Positions 1 through 10,064 of a stretch of 64,000 bases of DNA are shown in pieces; positions within the stretch are counted from its first letter, which is position 1; each line of letters begins with the position of its first letter. The translations under genes and the position numbers were made by a program. A model generated the notes under the pieces. It saw only the letters and a list, made by a program, of their open reading frames with translations, was not told the origin of the DNA and did not search any database. Origin of the DNA: a bacterium (lineage in GTDB: Bacteria > Zhuqueibacterota > Zhuqueibacteria > Residuimicrobiales > Krinioviventaceae); contig CAXXMD010000003.1 of the NCBI GenBank assembly GCA_963675755.2, forward strand, positions 2,752,001 to 2,816,000, read 5' to 3'.

Positions 1-26
1 CCTCAAAATCGAGTCCTTAAAACCCT

Positions 27-65
27 GCGCATCAAATCACCAATGATGTATTGGGATTTGATGCG
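27..65 (-). terminator. Hairpin downstream of the ADH gene (probable intrinsic terminator)
   Basis: Inverted repeat gcatcaaatc...gatttgatgc with inner ccaat/attgg, about 40 nt after the stop at 104. Confidence 0.5.
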
Positions 66-103
66 TACAGAGTAAAAATTCAAGCATGTTTCTATTCAAA
101 AAA

Positions 104-1291
104 TTAGAATGTTGCTGTGTCAATCACATATCTATAACGGGCTTTTTTATCAACCACATTTTCCCATGCTTTATTGATTTGTTCAGCACTTATCATCTGA
201 ATTTCTGGTTTCACATTGTTATCCGCACAATAATGAACAACTTCCTGGGTTTCAGGAATTCCACCAATCAGAGAAGCATTAAAATTAACACGAGATGCTG
301 CCAACGCAATGTTGCTCAGATTGATTTGAAAACCTTCCGGCATGCCTACATAGGTGAAATTTCCATACGGTTTTACACAGGCAACATACGGTGCCGCGTT
401 AAACTGGTAAGGAATGGTACAAATCATATAATCCAGTTTTTTGTTGTATGGCTGCATGCTGGTAAATTTGTCATCTACTACTATAACTTCTTTGGCACCC
501 CACGATTTTATATCATCAACCTTGTCGGGTGAGGTTGTAAATGCATAAACTTCAGCACCTTTGGAAACAGCCAGTTTAACGGCCATGTGTCCCAGTCCAC
601 CAATACCGGCAACACCTACTTTGTCTCCAATTTTAAAATCTTCTTTCATTAACGGAGAGTATGTGGTAATACCCGCACATAAAAGCGGAGCCGCTTCCTG
701 AAGGCTTATGTGGTCAGGAATGTGGACAGCAAAGTGGTCCCTAACAACAATGTTGGTAGAGTATCCGCCCTGGGTAATGCCCGTGGGTGAGTTCTTGTCG
801 GGATATCCGTATGTGAACAATGTTTGTCCATTTTCACAATAGTGTTCATCACCATGATTACAGCTGTCGCATTCCATACAACTGTCTACCATACATCCCA
901 CACCGGCACGGTCACCCACTTTGAATTTGGTAACATTTTTACCAACCGCTGCAACAATACCTACAATTTCATGACCCGGAACCTGAGGATATTTTTGCGG
1001 ACCCCAGTGTCCTTTCATCTGATGGATGTCAGAGTGGCAAATACTTGCATATTTGATATCAATGAGTACATCATTATCGCCAACGGGTCTGCGTTCAAAC
1101 TCCCAGGGGCTCAATACACCCGAAGTGTCTTTTGCGGCATAACCCTTTGATTTTATATTTTGAGACATGTTATTATCCTTTGCTCCAATGGTGTTAGTTG
1201 CTGCGAACATGATTCCTGTACCTAATGCAGCAGATTGTTGTACAAATTTTCTTCTTGAAATATTATCATCTTTTTTCATAATTTTCTCCAA
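104..1291 (-). CDS. Zn-dependent NAD(P)-dependent alcohol dehydrogenase (cinnamyl ADH / YahK-like) with Tat-like N-terminus
   Basis: CHSD and GHE Zn ligands, CxxCxxC-x7-C structural Zn site, GIGGLG Rossmann motif; N-terminal SRRKF. Confidence 0.93.
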   Translation of the reverse strand: MEKIMKKDDNISRRKFVQQSAALGTGIMFAATNTIGAKDNNMSQNIKSKGYAAKDTSGVLSPWEFERRPVGDNDVLIDIKYASICHSDIHQMKGHWGPQKYPQVPGHEIVGIVAAVGKNVTKFKVGDRAGVGCMVDSCMECDSCNHGDEHYCENGQTLFTYGYPDKNSPTGITQGGYSTNIVVRDHFAVHIPDHISLQEAAPLLCAGITTYSPLMKEDFKIGDKVGVAGIGGLGHMAVKLAVSKGAEVYAFTTSPDKVDDIKSWGAKEVIVVDDKFTSMQPYNKKLDYMICTIPYQFNAAPYVACVKPYGNFTYVGMPEGFQINLSNIALAASRVNFNASLIGGIPETQEVVHYCADNNVKPEIQMISAEQINKAWENVVDKKARYRYVIDTATF

Positions 1292-1297
1292 AATGAA

Positions 1298-1675
1298 TTA
1301 CTTTTTTACAATTTTAACTGTCGTTGAGCGGGCACGATCACCAATCATAGACCCAAGGTATGGGCTGGTGCTATACTTTGCACGATAAGCCTTATTAATC
1401 GAGTCGTTGAGATTGGCATCTGCGTCTGCCTGTTCAAATATCACTTTGTGGGTCATACCCGCGGTAGTGATACGTCCGGCTTTTTGAGAAATGGCTGATT
1501 TGTACCAACTGGAATTTTTGCCATTATACGCGCGTACATAGAGTTCATTATCAACTACAACAGACCAGATCCAGGTTGGTGTACCATAGGTTACACCGTC
1601 AGCTCGAAAGGGAGAGATGTGCAAATCATCAGAGCTGCTTATTTTTATTAATTCATCTTTTGCCCAATTTGCCAT
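1298..1675 (-). CDS. DUF2255 family protein
   Basis: GTPTWIWSVVVD-x-LYVRAYNG-x-SSWY signature; typical member of these redox clusters. Confidence 0.85.
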   Translation of the reverse strand: MANWAKDELIKISSSDDLHISPFRADGVTYGTPTWIWSVVVDNELYVRAYNGKNSSWYKSAISQKAGRITTAGMTHKVIFEQADADANLNDSINKAYRAKYSTSPYLGSMIGDRARSTTVKIVKK

Positions 1676-1690
1676 GATCTCACATTCCTT

Positions 1691-2179
1691 TTATAAATTA
1701 CTATACTCTTTATCAGTTACAGGTTCCATCCAGTTTACTATGCCTTTTTCCGTATTGGGTACAATATAGATATGACTCATGCCCTGATCTTTGGATGCAC
1801 CATGCCAGTGGATGGTATCTGGCGGACATTTTACAACATCGCCTTTACGGATAATCTCGATGGGATGTCCTTTAATCTGGTGATAGCCCACACCTTCGGT
1901 TACGATCAATATCTACCCACTGGGATGAGAGTGCCAGTTGCTTCTGGCACCGGCTTCAAAAAATACATTGCCGGCAGCTGTTGTAAAAACAGAGTCATTG
2001 TTCACCAGACCGGTAACCCATGCATTTCCAGTGAAAAACTTTTCAGGTGCCAGTTGTCCTTTAGGAAAAATCGAGCTTTGTTCTAACGTACTGGTCGAGT
2101 CCTCAATTTTTTGGCAGCCCTGATTTATAACTGCAAAAACCATTGTTGTAAAAATGATTGCTATTTTGAATCTATTCAT
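1691..2179 (-). pseudogene. Cupin-domain (lipo)protein interrupted by in-frame TAG at 1913-1915
   Basis: Minus strand reads ...NWHSHPSG*ILIVTEGVGYHQ... in one frame; cupin consensus has Q (CAG) here; second motif HWHGA intact. Confidence 0.8.
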
Positions 2180-2200
2180 ATGACTATCCTTTGCTTTTTT

Positions 2201-2662
2201 TTATTCAACTAACATGATGCTGACATTTAAAGAATTTTTCGAACTTAATTCTTGAATACCTTGTTCTATTTTTCCAAGATTAATGAGCCCGCTGGCATAG
2301 CCAAAATCTTTGTAAAATATTGCCAAATTACCCCAGGGCGCATAATATGTGATATCTCCAACGGAGGGATCATAACCTGCGGGAGCATTTTTCGTTGTTA
2401 GTTTTTTTGGCAGATCGCTTACTTTTTCTGTACCGGCGTAATCTTTTAATTCAAGATCTAACGGAAGCAAAGAAATAAAATCTCTTGTTGTGGGGGTATC
2501 TTGCAATGTAGCATAAAGTGTGGTATCTTGGCCTACTATTTTAATCTTATATTGTTTAGAATCATCCATTGTATTGCCTTTTACAATCTGTTCATTATTG
2601 CAATTAAGAGCAAGTAAAACCAGTAAAATCAATTTTACTATATATTGTATTTTTATATTCAT
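2201..2662 (-). CDS. Cyclophilin-like fold lipoprotein
   Basis: DFISLLPL-x-L-x-DY-x-EK and GDITYYAPWGNLAIFY motifs; lipoprotein-like signal. Confidence 0.85.
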   Translation of the reverse strand: MNIKIQYIVKLILLVLLALNCNNEQIVKGNTMDDSKQYKIKIVGQDTTLYATLQDTPTTRDFISLLPLDLELKDYAGTEKVSDLPKKLTTKNAPAGYDPSVGDITYYAPWGNLAIFYKDFGYASGLINLGKIEQGIQELSSKNSLNVSIMLVE

Positions 2663-2773
2663 TATTTTTTAAGACATTGAATTATCATGTTTGTTCAATT
2701 TTAAAAGAGCCTCTAAAAATTGTACCTGATTAATAGTCTCTAGAGACTCATGCAGTCAGTTTAATGTTAGTTT

Positions 2774-3640
2774 TTATTCCATTTTGCCGCCATATACTGG
2801 AAACATACTGGCTTCTCCATAATCTTTGATTGTTTCCAGGTTTTTCAACTGTTCCATGTCTTCCGGTGAAATCTCAAAATCTACCTCTGCATTATTTTTC
2901 ATATGTTCAGGATTTGCAGTTTTGGGTAACGGAAGCATATCCAGTTCAAGACAGTATCGAATAGACAACTGTGGTACGGATACACCATATTTTTCGGCCA
3001 TTTTAGAGATTTTTTCATTTTTCATCAATTCACCATGAGCAACAGGGGAGTAGGCTTCTACAAGAATGCCATTATCCTGACAGTATTGAATCAGTTCTTT
3101 GGGTGTATTGCTTATATGTGCCAAAATTTGATTCACCATGGGTTTAACCGTGCAGGATTCAAGAATATTATCTATGTCTGCTTTTTCAAAGTTTGAAATT
3201 CCTATAGAACGCAGCTTTCCTGCTTTATAGGCGTCTTCTAACGCTCTCCAGGCTTCACGATTGCCTTCAAGGTAGGAATCATCTTTGTGGAATTCCATCC
3301 AGGGTTTGGGACTGTGAATAATCATCAGGTCAATATAATCGAGTCCTAATGTCTTGAGAGAATTGTCTATGGATGCAACTGCTTCATTATACGACTTTAC
3401 TTCCGCGGCAAGTTTTGTGGTTACAAACAATTCTTCTCTTTTAACGCCACAGGTTCTTATGCCTTCACCAACACCGTTTTCATTTTGATATGCCTGAGCT
3501 GTATCGATATGTCTGTAACCTAAATTTACTGCATCTTTGACGGCCTGTACAGAATCCTGATCACTGATAAACCAGGTCCCCAGACCCAGCTTGGGAATCT
3601 CTACGCCATTGGATAGTGTATATGTTTCTTTTAAAATCAT
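2774..3640 (-). CDS. Aldo/keto reductase
   Basis: GYRHIDTAQAY, FVTTKL, DYIDL-x2-IH, IGISNF. Confidence 0.95.
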   Translation of the reverse strand: MILKETYTLSNGVEIPKLGLGTWFISDQDSVQAVKDAVNLGYRHIDTAQAYQNENGVGEGIRTCGVKREELFVTTKLAAEVKSYNEAVASIDNSLKTLGLDYIDLMIIHSPKPWMEFHKDDSYLEGNREAWRALEDAYKAGKLRSIGISNFEKADIDNILESCTVKPMVNQILAHISNTPKELIQYCQDNGILVEAYSPVAHGELMKNEKISKMAEKYGVSVPQLSIRYCLELDMLPLPKTANPEHMKNNAEVDFEISPEDMEQLKNLETIKDYGEASMFPVYGGKME

Positions 3641-3682
3641 TTCAATATCTCCTATATAAAAGTTTAGCTTTTTAATTTTGTT

Positions 3683-4084
3683 TTATGCACCAAGTTTTGC
3701 ATATTCTTCGTCAGTAACAGGACCGCGCCATTCTGTTGTTGCACCTTCAACCGGTACGGTTAAAGCGATATGTGCAAACCAACTATCTTTGGTTGCGCCA
3801 TGCCAGTGATTCACTCCAACAGGTATGTTTACTACGTCTCCTGGTTTTAACCGTTGTGCAGGTTTACCTTCTTCCTGGTACCAGCCTTCACCTGCTGTAC
3901 AGAAAAGAATTTGTCCACCTTTATCATGTATATGCCAGTTGTTACGGCATCCCGGTTCAAAGGTTATATTAAAAGCAGGTACACCTTCAAGTGTTAATAC
4001 TGATATATAGCTTTGTCCTATAAAGTAATCTGCATAGGCATCGTTCTTTTGTCCTAATGGAAAGATTTGCTTAAATTCACTCAT
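3683..4084 (-). CDS. Cupin domain protein
   Basis: FEPGCRNNWHIH-x2-GGQIL and HWHGA motifs. Confidence 0.92.
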   Translation of the reverse strand: MSEFKQIFPLGQKNDAYADYFIGQSYISVLTLEGVPAFNITFEPGCRNNWHIHDKGGQILFCTAGEGWYQEEGKPAQRLKPGDVVNIPVGVNHWHGATKDSWFAHIALTVPVEGATTEWRGPVTDEEYAKLGA

Positions 4085-4105
4085 TATATATTCTCCTTTA
4101 AATTA

Positions 4106-4867
4106 TTATTTATTCTCGGGTATTACTTTATTGATACAACCTAGTGCGTTTAACGTTCTTGGAAAACCCATATAGGGTAAACATTGCGTAATTGCTGAAA
4201 TCATGGCGTTTTTATCGTTTCCTGCATTTAAATTGCCAAAAACATGAGATTCTACCTGGCTTTCACATCCTCCCATAGCACTGAGAATACACAATGTCAA
4301 CAATTCACGAGTCTTAACATCCAAAGTTCCTCGAGTATAGACATCTCCAAAACAAAAGGCTGATAAATAATTTTGTATATGTTTCTGATTATCTGGTGCG
4401 TTTTGATGCATTTGGTCTATTATATCGTCAAAGATGGATTTCTGGACCGCCAAGCCTTTATCGAATCGGGTTTCTTCGGTAACCTGCTTTTGGCTTTTCA
4501 CCGGAAGGGAGATGTTGGCAGTTTTAAAAATCTCATTAACCTGTTGAATCGCATCCAGTGTTTTAGGGAAACCCAAATAAGGTGTACATTGATAAATAGC
4601 TTCCTTTATTTCAACAGGTGATGCACCAATGTTCAATGCCGCCCAAACGTGTGCTTTTAATTGGTTCAAGTTTTGATTTGTGGCTAAAACAACCAAGGTT
4701 ATTAACTCTCTCAGCTTGTCTGTTAAATTTCCTTGATAAAAAACCTCGCCGAAAATAAAATTGTTCAGCATTTCCTGAATATCCGGATCTGTTTCAGCTA
4801 ACGGTCCGGTATGGTTACCAAACAGCTCATTAAATTTTTCCTGACTTTTTTCAACTCTATTTTTCAT
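4106..4867 (-). CDS. Carboxymuconolactone decarboxylase (CMD/AhpD-like) family, tandem domains
   Basis: Two repeats of REL-x-TL...PY-x-GFP(K/R)TL. Confidence 0.92.
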   Translation of the reverse strand: MKNRVEKSQEKFNELFGNHTGPLAETDPDIQEMLNNFIFGEVFYQGNLTDKLRELITLVVLATNQNLNQLKAHVWAALNIGASPVEIKEAIYQCTPYLGFPKTLDAIQQVNEIFKTANISLPVKSQKQVTEETRFDKGLAVQKSIFDDIIDQMHQNAPDNQKHIQNYLSAFCFGDVYTRGTLDVKTRELLTLCILSAMGGCESQVESHVFGNLNAGNDKNAMISAITQCLPYMGFPRTLNALGCINKVIPENK

Positions 4868-4890
4868 ATTTCACCTGTAATAATTTCATA

Positions 4891-5382
4891 TTAATCATTT
4901 TTTAAAATTTTAATTCGTTTTAACCACGCATCTATTTCTGACGATGCTGTTATGCCGCCTCTACCATATAAATCAAGAACATCCAAAACAGTAGAATTTT
5001 GGCATAGGTTTTTTACTACGTCTTCATAGCGACCTTTACCACCACCGCCGTGTGTAATAAATGGAACAATTATTTTCCCTTTTAAACTTGCAAGTTTTAA
5101 AAAAGAGAGTACCGGTGGGGCCATTGTAGACCACCAGTTCGGTGAACCTATAAAAACCACATCATAAGAGTTTAGATCTTTAGGGAGGGACAAAAGTTCA
5201 GGCATGAATTCACTCTGAATTTCTTTTTTTGCCCTCTCTGTGCAAGAACTATAAGTATCTGGATACGCATTAACGGGTAATAATTCAAATAATTGGCCAC
5301 CCATTTTATCCTGAATCAATTGGGCAACGGTTCTTGTGTTACCTGACCAAGAGTAATAAATGATTATTGTCTTTTTTTTCAT
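4891..5382 (-). CDS. Flavodoxin
   Basis: YYSWSGNT FMN loop, IGSPNWW, THGGGG. Confidence 0.92.
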   Translation of the reverse strand: MKKKTIIIYYSWSGNTRTVAQLIQDKMGGQLFELLPVNAYPDTYSSCTERAKKEIQSEFMPELLSLPKDLNSYDVVFIGSPNWWSTMAPPVLSFLKLASLKGKIIVPFITHGGGGKGRYEDVVKNLCQNSTVLDVLDLYGRGGITASSEIDAWLKRIKILKND

Positions 5383-5388
5383 TTTTCC

Positions 5389-5958
5389 TTAATCTATCTT
5401 TTTTATTACTTTGGCGGGAACGCCGCCAACTATTGTATTGTCTGGTACATCTTGAGAGACAACGGCACCGGCTGCAACTATGGAATTTTCTCCAACCGTT
5501 ACACCGGGAAGAATTATTGCACCGGCACCAATCCATGCATTTTTTTTAACAAGAACGGATTTTAATAAAAGTACTCTTCTATCAGCCGGATTTACAGGAT
5601 GACTTTCTGATAAAAGACTGACTTTGGGACCAATCATAACATCGTCTTGTATTGTGATGCCACCCATATCCAGAACGGTACAATCGTGATTAATAAATAC
5701 ATTACGCCCAATCCGGATAAATTTTCCAAAATTTGTGTAGAATGGAACCAGTATTCTTGTACTTTTGTCCAACTGTTAACCAATGATCTCACTCATTCTA
5801 TCTCTACTCTGGTTCGTGTCTGTAGAATTGTTGAGTTCAATCGTTAGCTTGATCGTTCTGGAAACCACATCAGAAATTTTTGAATACTGTGGATCATCAA
5901 AAGGAATTGATTCTCCTGCTTGCATTCTTTTTAAGATGTCTTGATTGGTTTTTTTCAT
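5389..5958 (-). pseudogene. Maltose/galactoside-type sugar O-acetyltransferase interrupted by in-frame TAA at 5776-5778
   Basis: Continuous frame ...RMSEIIG*QLDKSTRILVPFYTNFG...; hexapeptide repeats and GGVPAKVIK C-terminus. Confidence 0.8.
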
Positions 5959-6046
5959 TTATCATCACGGGTTTCGGGTTAAATTATTTGTATTGGATTT
6001 AAGTAAAAAAACAGATTTAGTTCCTTTTTTGAAAATTCCGAAACAA

Positions 6047-6916
6047 TTAAACACAGCTTTCATGAACCAGTTCTTTTCGAATTTCAATTTCGCATTCAGT
6101 ATCAGCAGGTTGATTGTCATCTAAAATTATCTCTCCAATGGAATCTGCGCTGATATACCCTCTACCGGGATTTTTCACACTTTTAATCGATCCTTTAATT
6201 ACAGCACGAACATCGCTTTTTTCAAAGGCAAGGTCACAATCGATCATGGTACAATCTTCCAGAACAAGACCTTTTGTATAACAAAGCGGCTGAGTGCCAA
6301 TAATTTTACAACGGACCAGCTTGAGGTTTTCAGAATACCAGCCCAGATACTCTCCCTTGACAACACTATCCGTTACAGTAACATTCTTGCAGTGCCAGAA
6401 CGCATCTTTTGTGTCAAGATATGAGTTTTTGATCGCTACATTTTCAACGTATTGGAAAGAATATTTTCCTTTCAGGTTGAAATTGTTCATGTAAATGTTT
6501 TTACTGTGAAAAAACGGGTATTCTGAAGAGAGTTTTGAATCTTTTATGGTAATATCATCTGACATCCAGCCAAATTCATCAGATATAATTGAGCTGTTTT
6601 CAATGGTTATTTCACTGCATTCTCGGACGGCTTTGATGCCCTGAATATTACAGTTTTTAATAACAATATGTTTATCATACCAGAGTGCGGCACGACAACT
6701 TTCACTCATCAAACAATCTACGAGGTGAGCATTGTTAACATGCCATAACGGGTAACGAAGTTTAAAGTTGCTGTTTGTAATATAGATATTATCGCATTCC
6801 TTAAGAGCGGATTCTCCGTCAGCGGGACCATCAAATGTACAATTGAATATATTGGCGTTTTGGATTCCGTATAATGCTCGCTCTTGATCAAGTATTTCAT
6901 TTTCTATTATTTTCAT
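6047..6916 (-). CDS. DUF3737 family beta-helix protein
   Basis: DGESALKE, LRYPLWH, KDAFWH, GEYLGW, GTQPLCY motifs. Confidence 0.9.
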   Translation of the reverse strand: MKIIENEILDQERALYGIQNANIFNCTFDGPADGESALKECDNIYITNSNFKLRYPLWHVNNAHLVDCLMSESCRAALWYDKHIVIKNCNIQGIKAVRECSEITIENSSIISDEFGWMSDDITIKDSKLSSEYPFFHSKNIYMNNFNLKGKYSFQYVENVAIKNSYLDTKDAFWHCKNVTVTDSVVKGEYLGWYSENLKLVRCKIIGTQPLCYTKGLVLEDCTMIDCDLAFEKSDVRAVIKGSIKSVKNPGRGYISADSIGEIILDDNQPADTECEIEIRKELVHESCV

Positions 6917-7043
6917 ATTTTTATTCCTTTTGACAGGTATTAATGGATTTTTTTAATACATGTCATTCGTTACTGCTAAAACCAACTCTAACTTTCGAGA
7001 TAAATATATAATAAAAAAGTGAAATCGAGATATACAAAAGGCG

Positions 7044-7064
7044 GGTATTATGATACATAATACC
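7044..7064. promoter_or_regulatory. Perfect 9-3-9 palindrome (candidate operator) upstream of the redox operon
   Basis: ggtattatg-ata-cataatacc, about 130 nt upstream of the first gene start. Confidence 0.5.
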
Positions 7065-7205
7065 TATTATTTGGAATTTTAAGCGTTGTACTGGTTAGAT
7101 ATTTGTTTGAAAATTGTGGAAAAAATAAAAAGAGTGTTTTTGCATGAACAATCGGGTTTGTTTAGCAGCCCCAATGATTAAGAACTCGATTTTTAAGATA
7201 GAATT

Positions 7206-7245
7206 AAAAAAGGGTAGGATAGGGTGAACCGTTGGCCCACCCTAT
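7206..7245 (-). terminator. Intrinsic terminator of the peptidase gene
   Basis: Minus-strand hairpin ATAGGGTGGGCC-AAC-GGTTCACCCTAT followed shortly by a T run. Confidence 0.6.
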
Positions 7246-7255
7246 GATTTTAAAT

Positions 7256-8464
7256 TTAGAATTTAATAAAACTTTTGATTGCATCTTTGTGCACGGTCAA
7301 GGCCATTATTTTCAGCTTTATATAATCTTCGTGAAAGAAAAAATATCCCTTGTTGGCACCGTTTCTTGAGCCTGAACCAGAGTCTTTGATTAGAAACCAG
7401 TAGTTGCCGTCTTTATTCATATAGCCGACAATGTGAATAACGTGATCGTCTGTTGTTGCTTTATTGCTGAAACGTAACTGACGGGCATTTTCATCTATAT
7501 ATTCGGATGGAATGTCAAATGTTGGCACCATGGCAACTTCTTTGTATGAATAACAACCCGGTTCGGAAACATCTCCGCCAACGACAATAGTGTATCCTTC
7601 TCTTAAAGCAGATTTAATAATTGACATGAATTTATCCAATTCGATGTTATAATATTCATCACTTTTCCACCAGTTATCCGGTACCGGATAGGTTACAAAT
7701 TCATTATAAGGCTTTTCTAACAGAGAAAGGAGATCAATATAATTATTAAAATCGATTTTTAGATCTTGCAAATATTCCAGTGGCGTTTTCTTTTTGCCAT
7801 TTACAGTTATGACCGTGGGTGGCTCACCAATATAATTGTTTAATATAGATTTTATGGTTTTGATTACTGTATCTTCATCCCAAAGCCAGTTTTCTTTTAC
7901 ATGCTTTAAATAGGCGTTCATTTCTTCAACCATGGGATCATGATTGTGAAAGGGTTCGCCATCTTCAAGTCCGGAATAGCATTCGGCGGGTACGATACCA
8001 TATTTTTGCCAAATGATGGGCACATGGTTTCCCATAGAGCCCTGGTCGAATAATGAATTTCCCTGTTTTTGAACATATCGACGTGCTTTTTCTACATATT
8101 CCCAGTAAACCGTGTACAATTCAGAGAGTTTGACTTTGCGTCCGGTGGTGCGATAAATTTCTGTTTCATAAAAGGAAGTTGTGCTGTAACACCAGCACAT
8201 GCCGGAATTTCCCTGCGAGACAGGATCATTGTGCCAGTATGTTTTAAACTCATCCTTTGATTGCGGTAAATCCATACCTTCAAAATCGAGTATGAATTTG
8301 ATATCCTCTCCTTCTGCAAACTTTTCGTTTTCTTTTTGAATATGGTCCCAGAATTCATTCTTTTTTTCAACAAAGGTGCCCTTGTCTTTATTAGGTGTTT
8401 GAGCTAAAAGAACCAGGGATATTAGTAAAACCAAAATGAAAGAGTTGTAAAATAATCTGAACAT
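7256..8464 (-). CDS. Secreted C1-family cysteine peptidase (aminopeptidase C / bleomycin-hydrolase-like)
   Basis: QGNSGMCW catalytic Gln/Cys motif, DDH-x-IHIVG His, IKDSG; signal peptide. Confidence 0.9.
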   Translation of the reverse strand: MFRLFYNSFILVLLISLVLLAQTPNKDKGTFVEKKNEFWDHIQKENEKFAEGEDIKFILDFEGMDLPQSKDEFKTYWHNDPVSQGNSGMCWCYSTTSFYETEIYRTTGRKVKLSELYTVYWEYVEKARRYVQKQGNSLFDQGSMGNHVPIIWQKYGIVPAECYSGLEDGEPFHNHDPMVEEMNAYLKHVKENWLWDEDTVIKTIKSILNNYIGEPPTVITVNGKKKTPLEYLQDLKIDFNNYIDLLSLLEKPYNEFVTYPVPDNWWKSDEYYNIELDKFMSIIKSALREGYTIVVGGDVSEPGCYSYKEVAMVPTFDIPSEYIDENARQLRFSNKATTDDHVIHIVGYMNKDGNYWFLIKDSGSGSRNGANKGYFFFHEDYIKLKIMALTVHKDAIKSFIKF

Positions 8465-8574
8465 ACTTTCTCCTTTTGCAAGTTCGTTAAGGTATGCAGA
8501 TGATAGTTATTGAATTCATAATATCATGCAACAATCTCGTTACTGCTCATATACAGTTTGGGGATTGTTGTCTG

Positions 8575-8620
8575 AAAAAATGGAAAACCGGAATCCATTT
8601 GAAGGGATTCCGGTTTTTTA
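8575..8620 (-). terminator. Intrinsic terminator of the GH27 gene
   Basis: aaaaccggaatcc-N8-ggattccggtttt inverted repeat just after the stop. Confidence 0.75.
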
Positions 8621-8631
8621 TTATATAAATA

Positions 8632-9996
8632 TTATTTTAAATGTTGAATCTCGTATAATCCTGAGGCATGGGGTGCTAATTGCTGTGAAAAACTGTCTTT
8701 ATACTCTCCAACATTCTTTTCATTCCACAGATTGGTGATATTTACTTTGTCTTTATATCCCAAGTCTGCAAGATTGACAGCTATATCCATTGATAACGAG
8801 TCCGAAATATTGAATAATGCCAGATATGTGGATTGGGTGTTTTCATTTTGGGAGGTGATTGCAACTTTATCATCTGACGCAAATAGTTGACGGACATTAG
8901 AACTCTCTGCATGCATTTTCAGGACGTTTTTGTTGGTCATGAGTGAGTTGGTAAACTCGTCGTTGCTGGGTAAATCACCGCCAAACATAAGGGGAGAGCG
9001 GAATATTGTAAACAGGGTCATGAGTGTATACTGTTCCTCTGGTGTGAGATCTGTCATGCGATCATCACCTCTTTCTCCCCGAATGGATAATCTGCCAAGT
9101 GGGATCATGTCACAATCGGGCCAGGTACCGGGTTTGATATATTCGAACCAATCCGGAATGACCTCAAATAGATGATTAATATGCCACCAGCTGTCCCAAA
9201 CATCATTCACCATTCTCCACATGTTTGCATGCTCGCTGACATGCGCCGCGGCTTCAACCGGAGTAGGTCCGGGTGAGGTGCTGAGCACGATCTCGCGACC
9301 GCAATTGTCAATGGCATTACGGATCAGTTCAATTTCATCTTTATGATAGATAGGAGCAGAGAGGTCATCGATTTTTATAAAATCCACACCCCATTCAGCA
9401 TACAATTCAAATATGGAATTGTAATATTCCTGCGCGCCCGGTTTGTTTGCAGCAATTGTATAATTGTCTCTCAACCATTTACACTGATTTTCGGGTGAAT
9501 AAATCTGGTCAGCGGTGATGCCATTAGTCCCTTTGATGGGCAGTTTGTTTTCAACAGCAAGTTTGGGTATACCTCTCATAATATGAATACCGAATTTTAG
9601 ACCTTTTTGGTGAATATAATCAGCCAGATCTTTAAATCCGTTACCGTTTGCAGCAGAAGGGAAGCGGTTAACAGCAGGCAGATAACGTCCGTATTCATCC
9701 AGAACATAGCGGGGATCTGTTTGATTATATCCATGGGATTTGGTATTCTCGACAAACCAGCGGATGTCAACGACGATGTATTCCCAACCATAGTCTTTTA
9801 AATGCTCTGCCATATAATCGGCATTGGATTTAATCTCGTTTTCATGTACGGTTGGTCCATAACAGTCCCAACTGTTCCATCCCATTGGCGGTGTTTGAGC
9901 CCAGGCTTTAAAATTGTCAGTTTCAACAGGCTTTTGTGAACATACTGCAAGCATGCTGATTGAAATGATAAATAATAAAGTCTTGATTGATTTCAT
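8632..9996 (-). CDS. Glycoside hydrolase family 27 (alpha-galactosidase / beta-L-arabinopyranosidase-like)
   Basis: TPPMGWNSWD, YIVVDI-x-W, WGVDFIKID, WPDCDM motifs; signal peptide. Confidence 0.93.
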   Translation of the reverse strand: MKSIKTLLFIISISMLAVCSQKPVETDNFKAWAQTPPMGWNSWDCYGPTVHENEIKSNADYMAEHLKDYGWEYIVVDIRWFVENTKSHGYNQTDPRYVLDEYGRYLPAVNRFPSAANGNGFKDLADYIHQKGLKFGIHIMRGIPKLAVENKLPIKGTNGITADQIYSPENQCKWLRDNYTIAANKPGAQEYYNSIFELYAEWGVDFIKIDDLSAPIYHKDEIELIRNAIDNCGREIVLSTSPGPTPVEAAAHVSEHANMWRMVNDVWDSWWHINHLFEVIPDWFEYIKPGTWPDCDMIPLGRLSIRGERGDDRMTDLTPEEQYTLMTLFTIFRSPLMFGGDLPSNDEFTNSLMTNKNVLKMHAESSNVRQLFASDDKVAITSQNENTQSTYLALFNISDSLSMDIAVNLADLGYKDKVNITNLWNEKNVGEYKDSFSQQLAPHASGLYEIQHLK

Positions 9997-10064
9997 TATA
10001 ACCTCTACTTCTTTATAAAGAAATTTATATTACAATCTGCCAATAAAAATGAATGACCGTTATT

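Noticed and set aside
1913-1915. Stop-codon reassignment (TAG=Gln) or pyrrolysine
   Set aside because: TAG is a real stop at 32247 (the duplicate CTD ends in TAA at the same position) and at 40983; the other interruption is TAA; long genes show no internal stops
2706-2750. IS or MITE end remnant (gagcctcta...tagagactc)
   Set aside because: Only 9 bp and imperfect, with no target duplication or second copy seen
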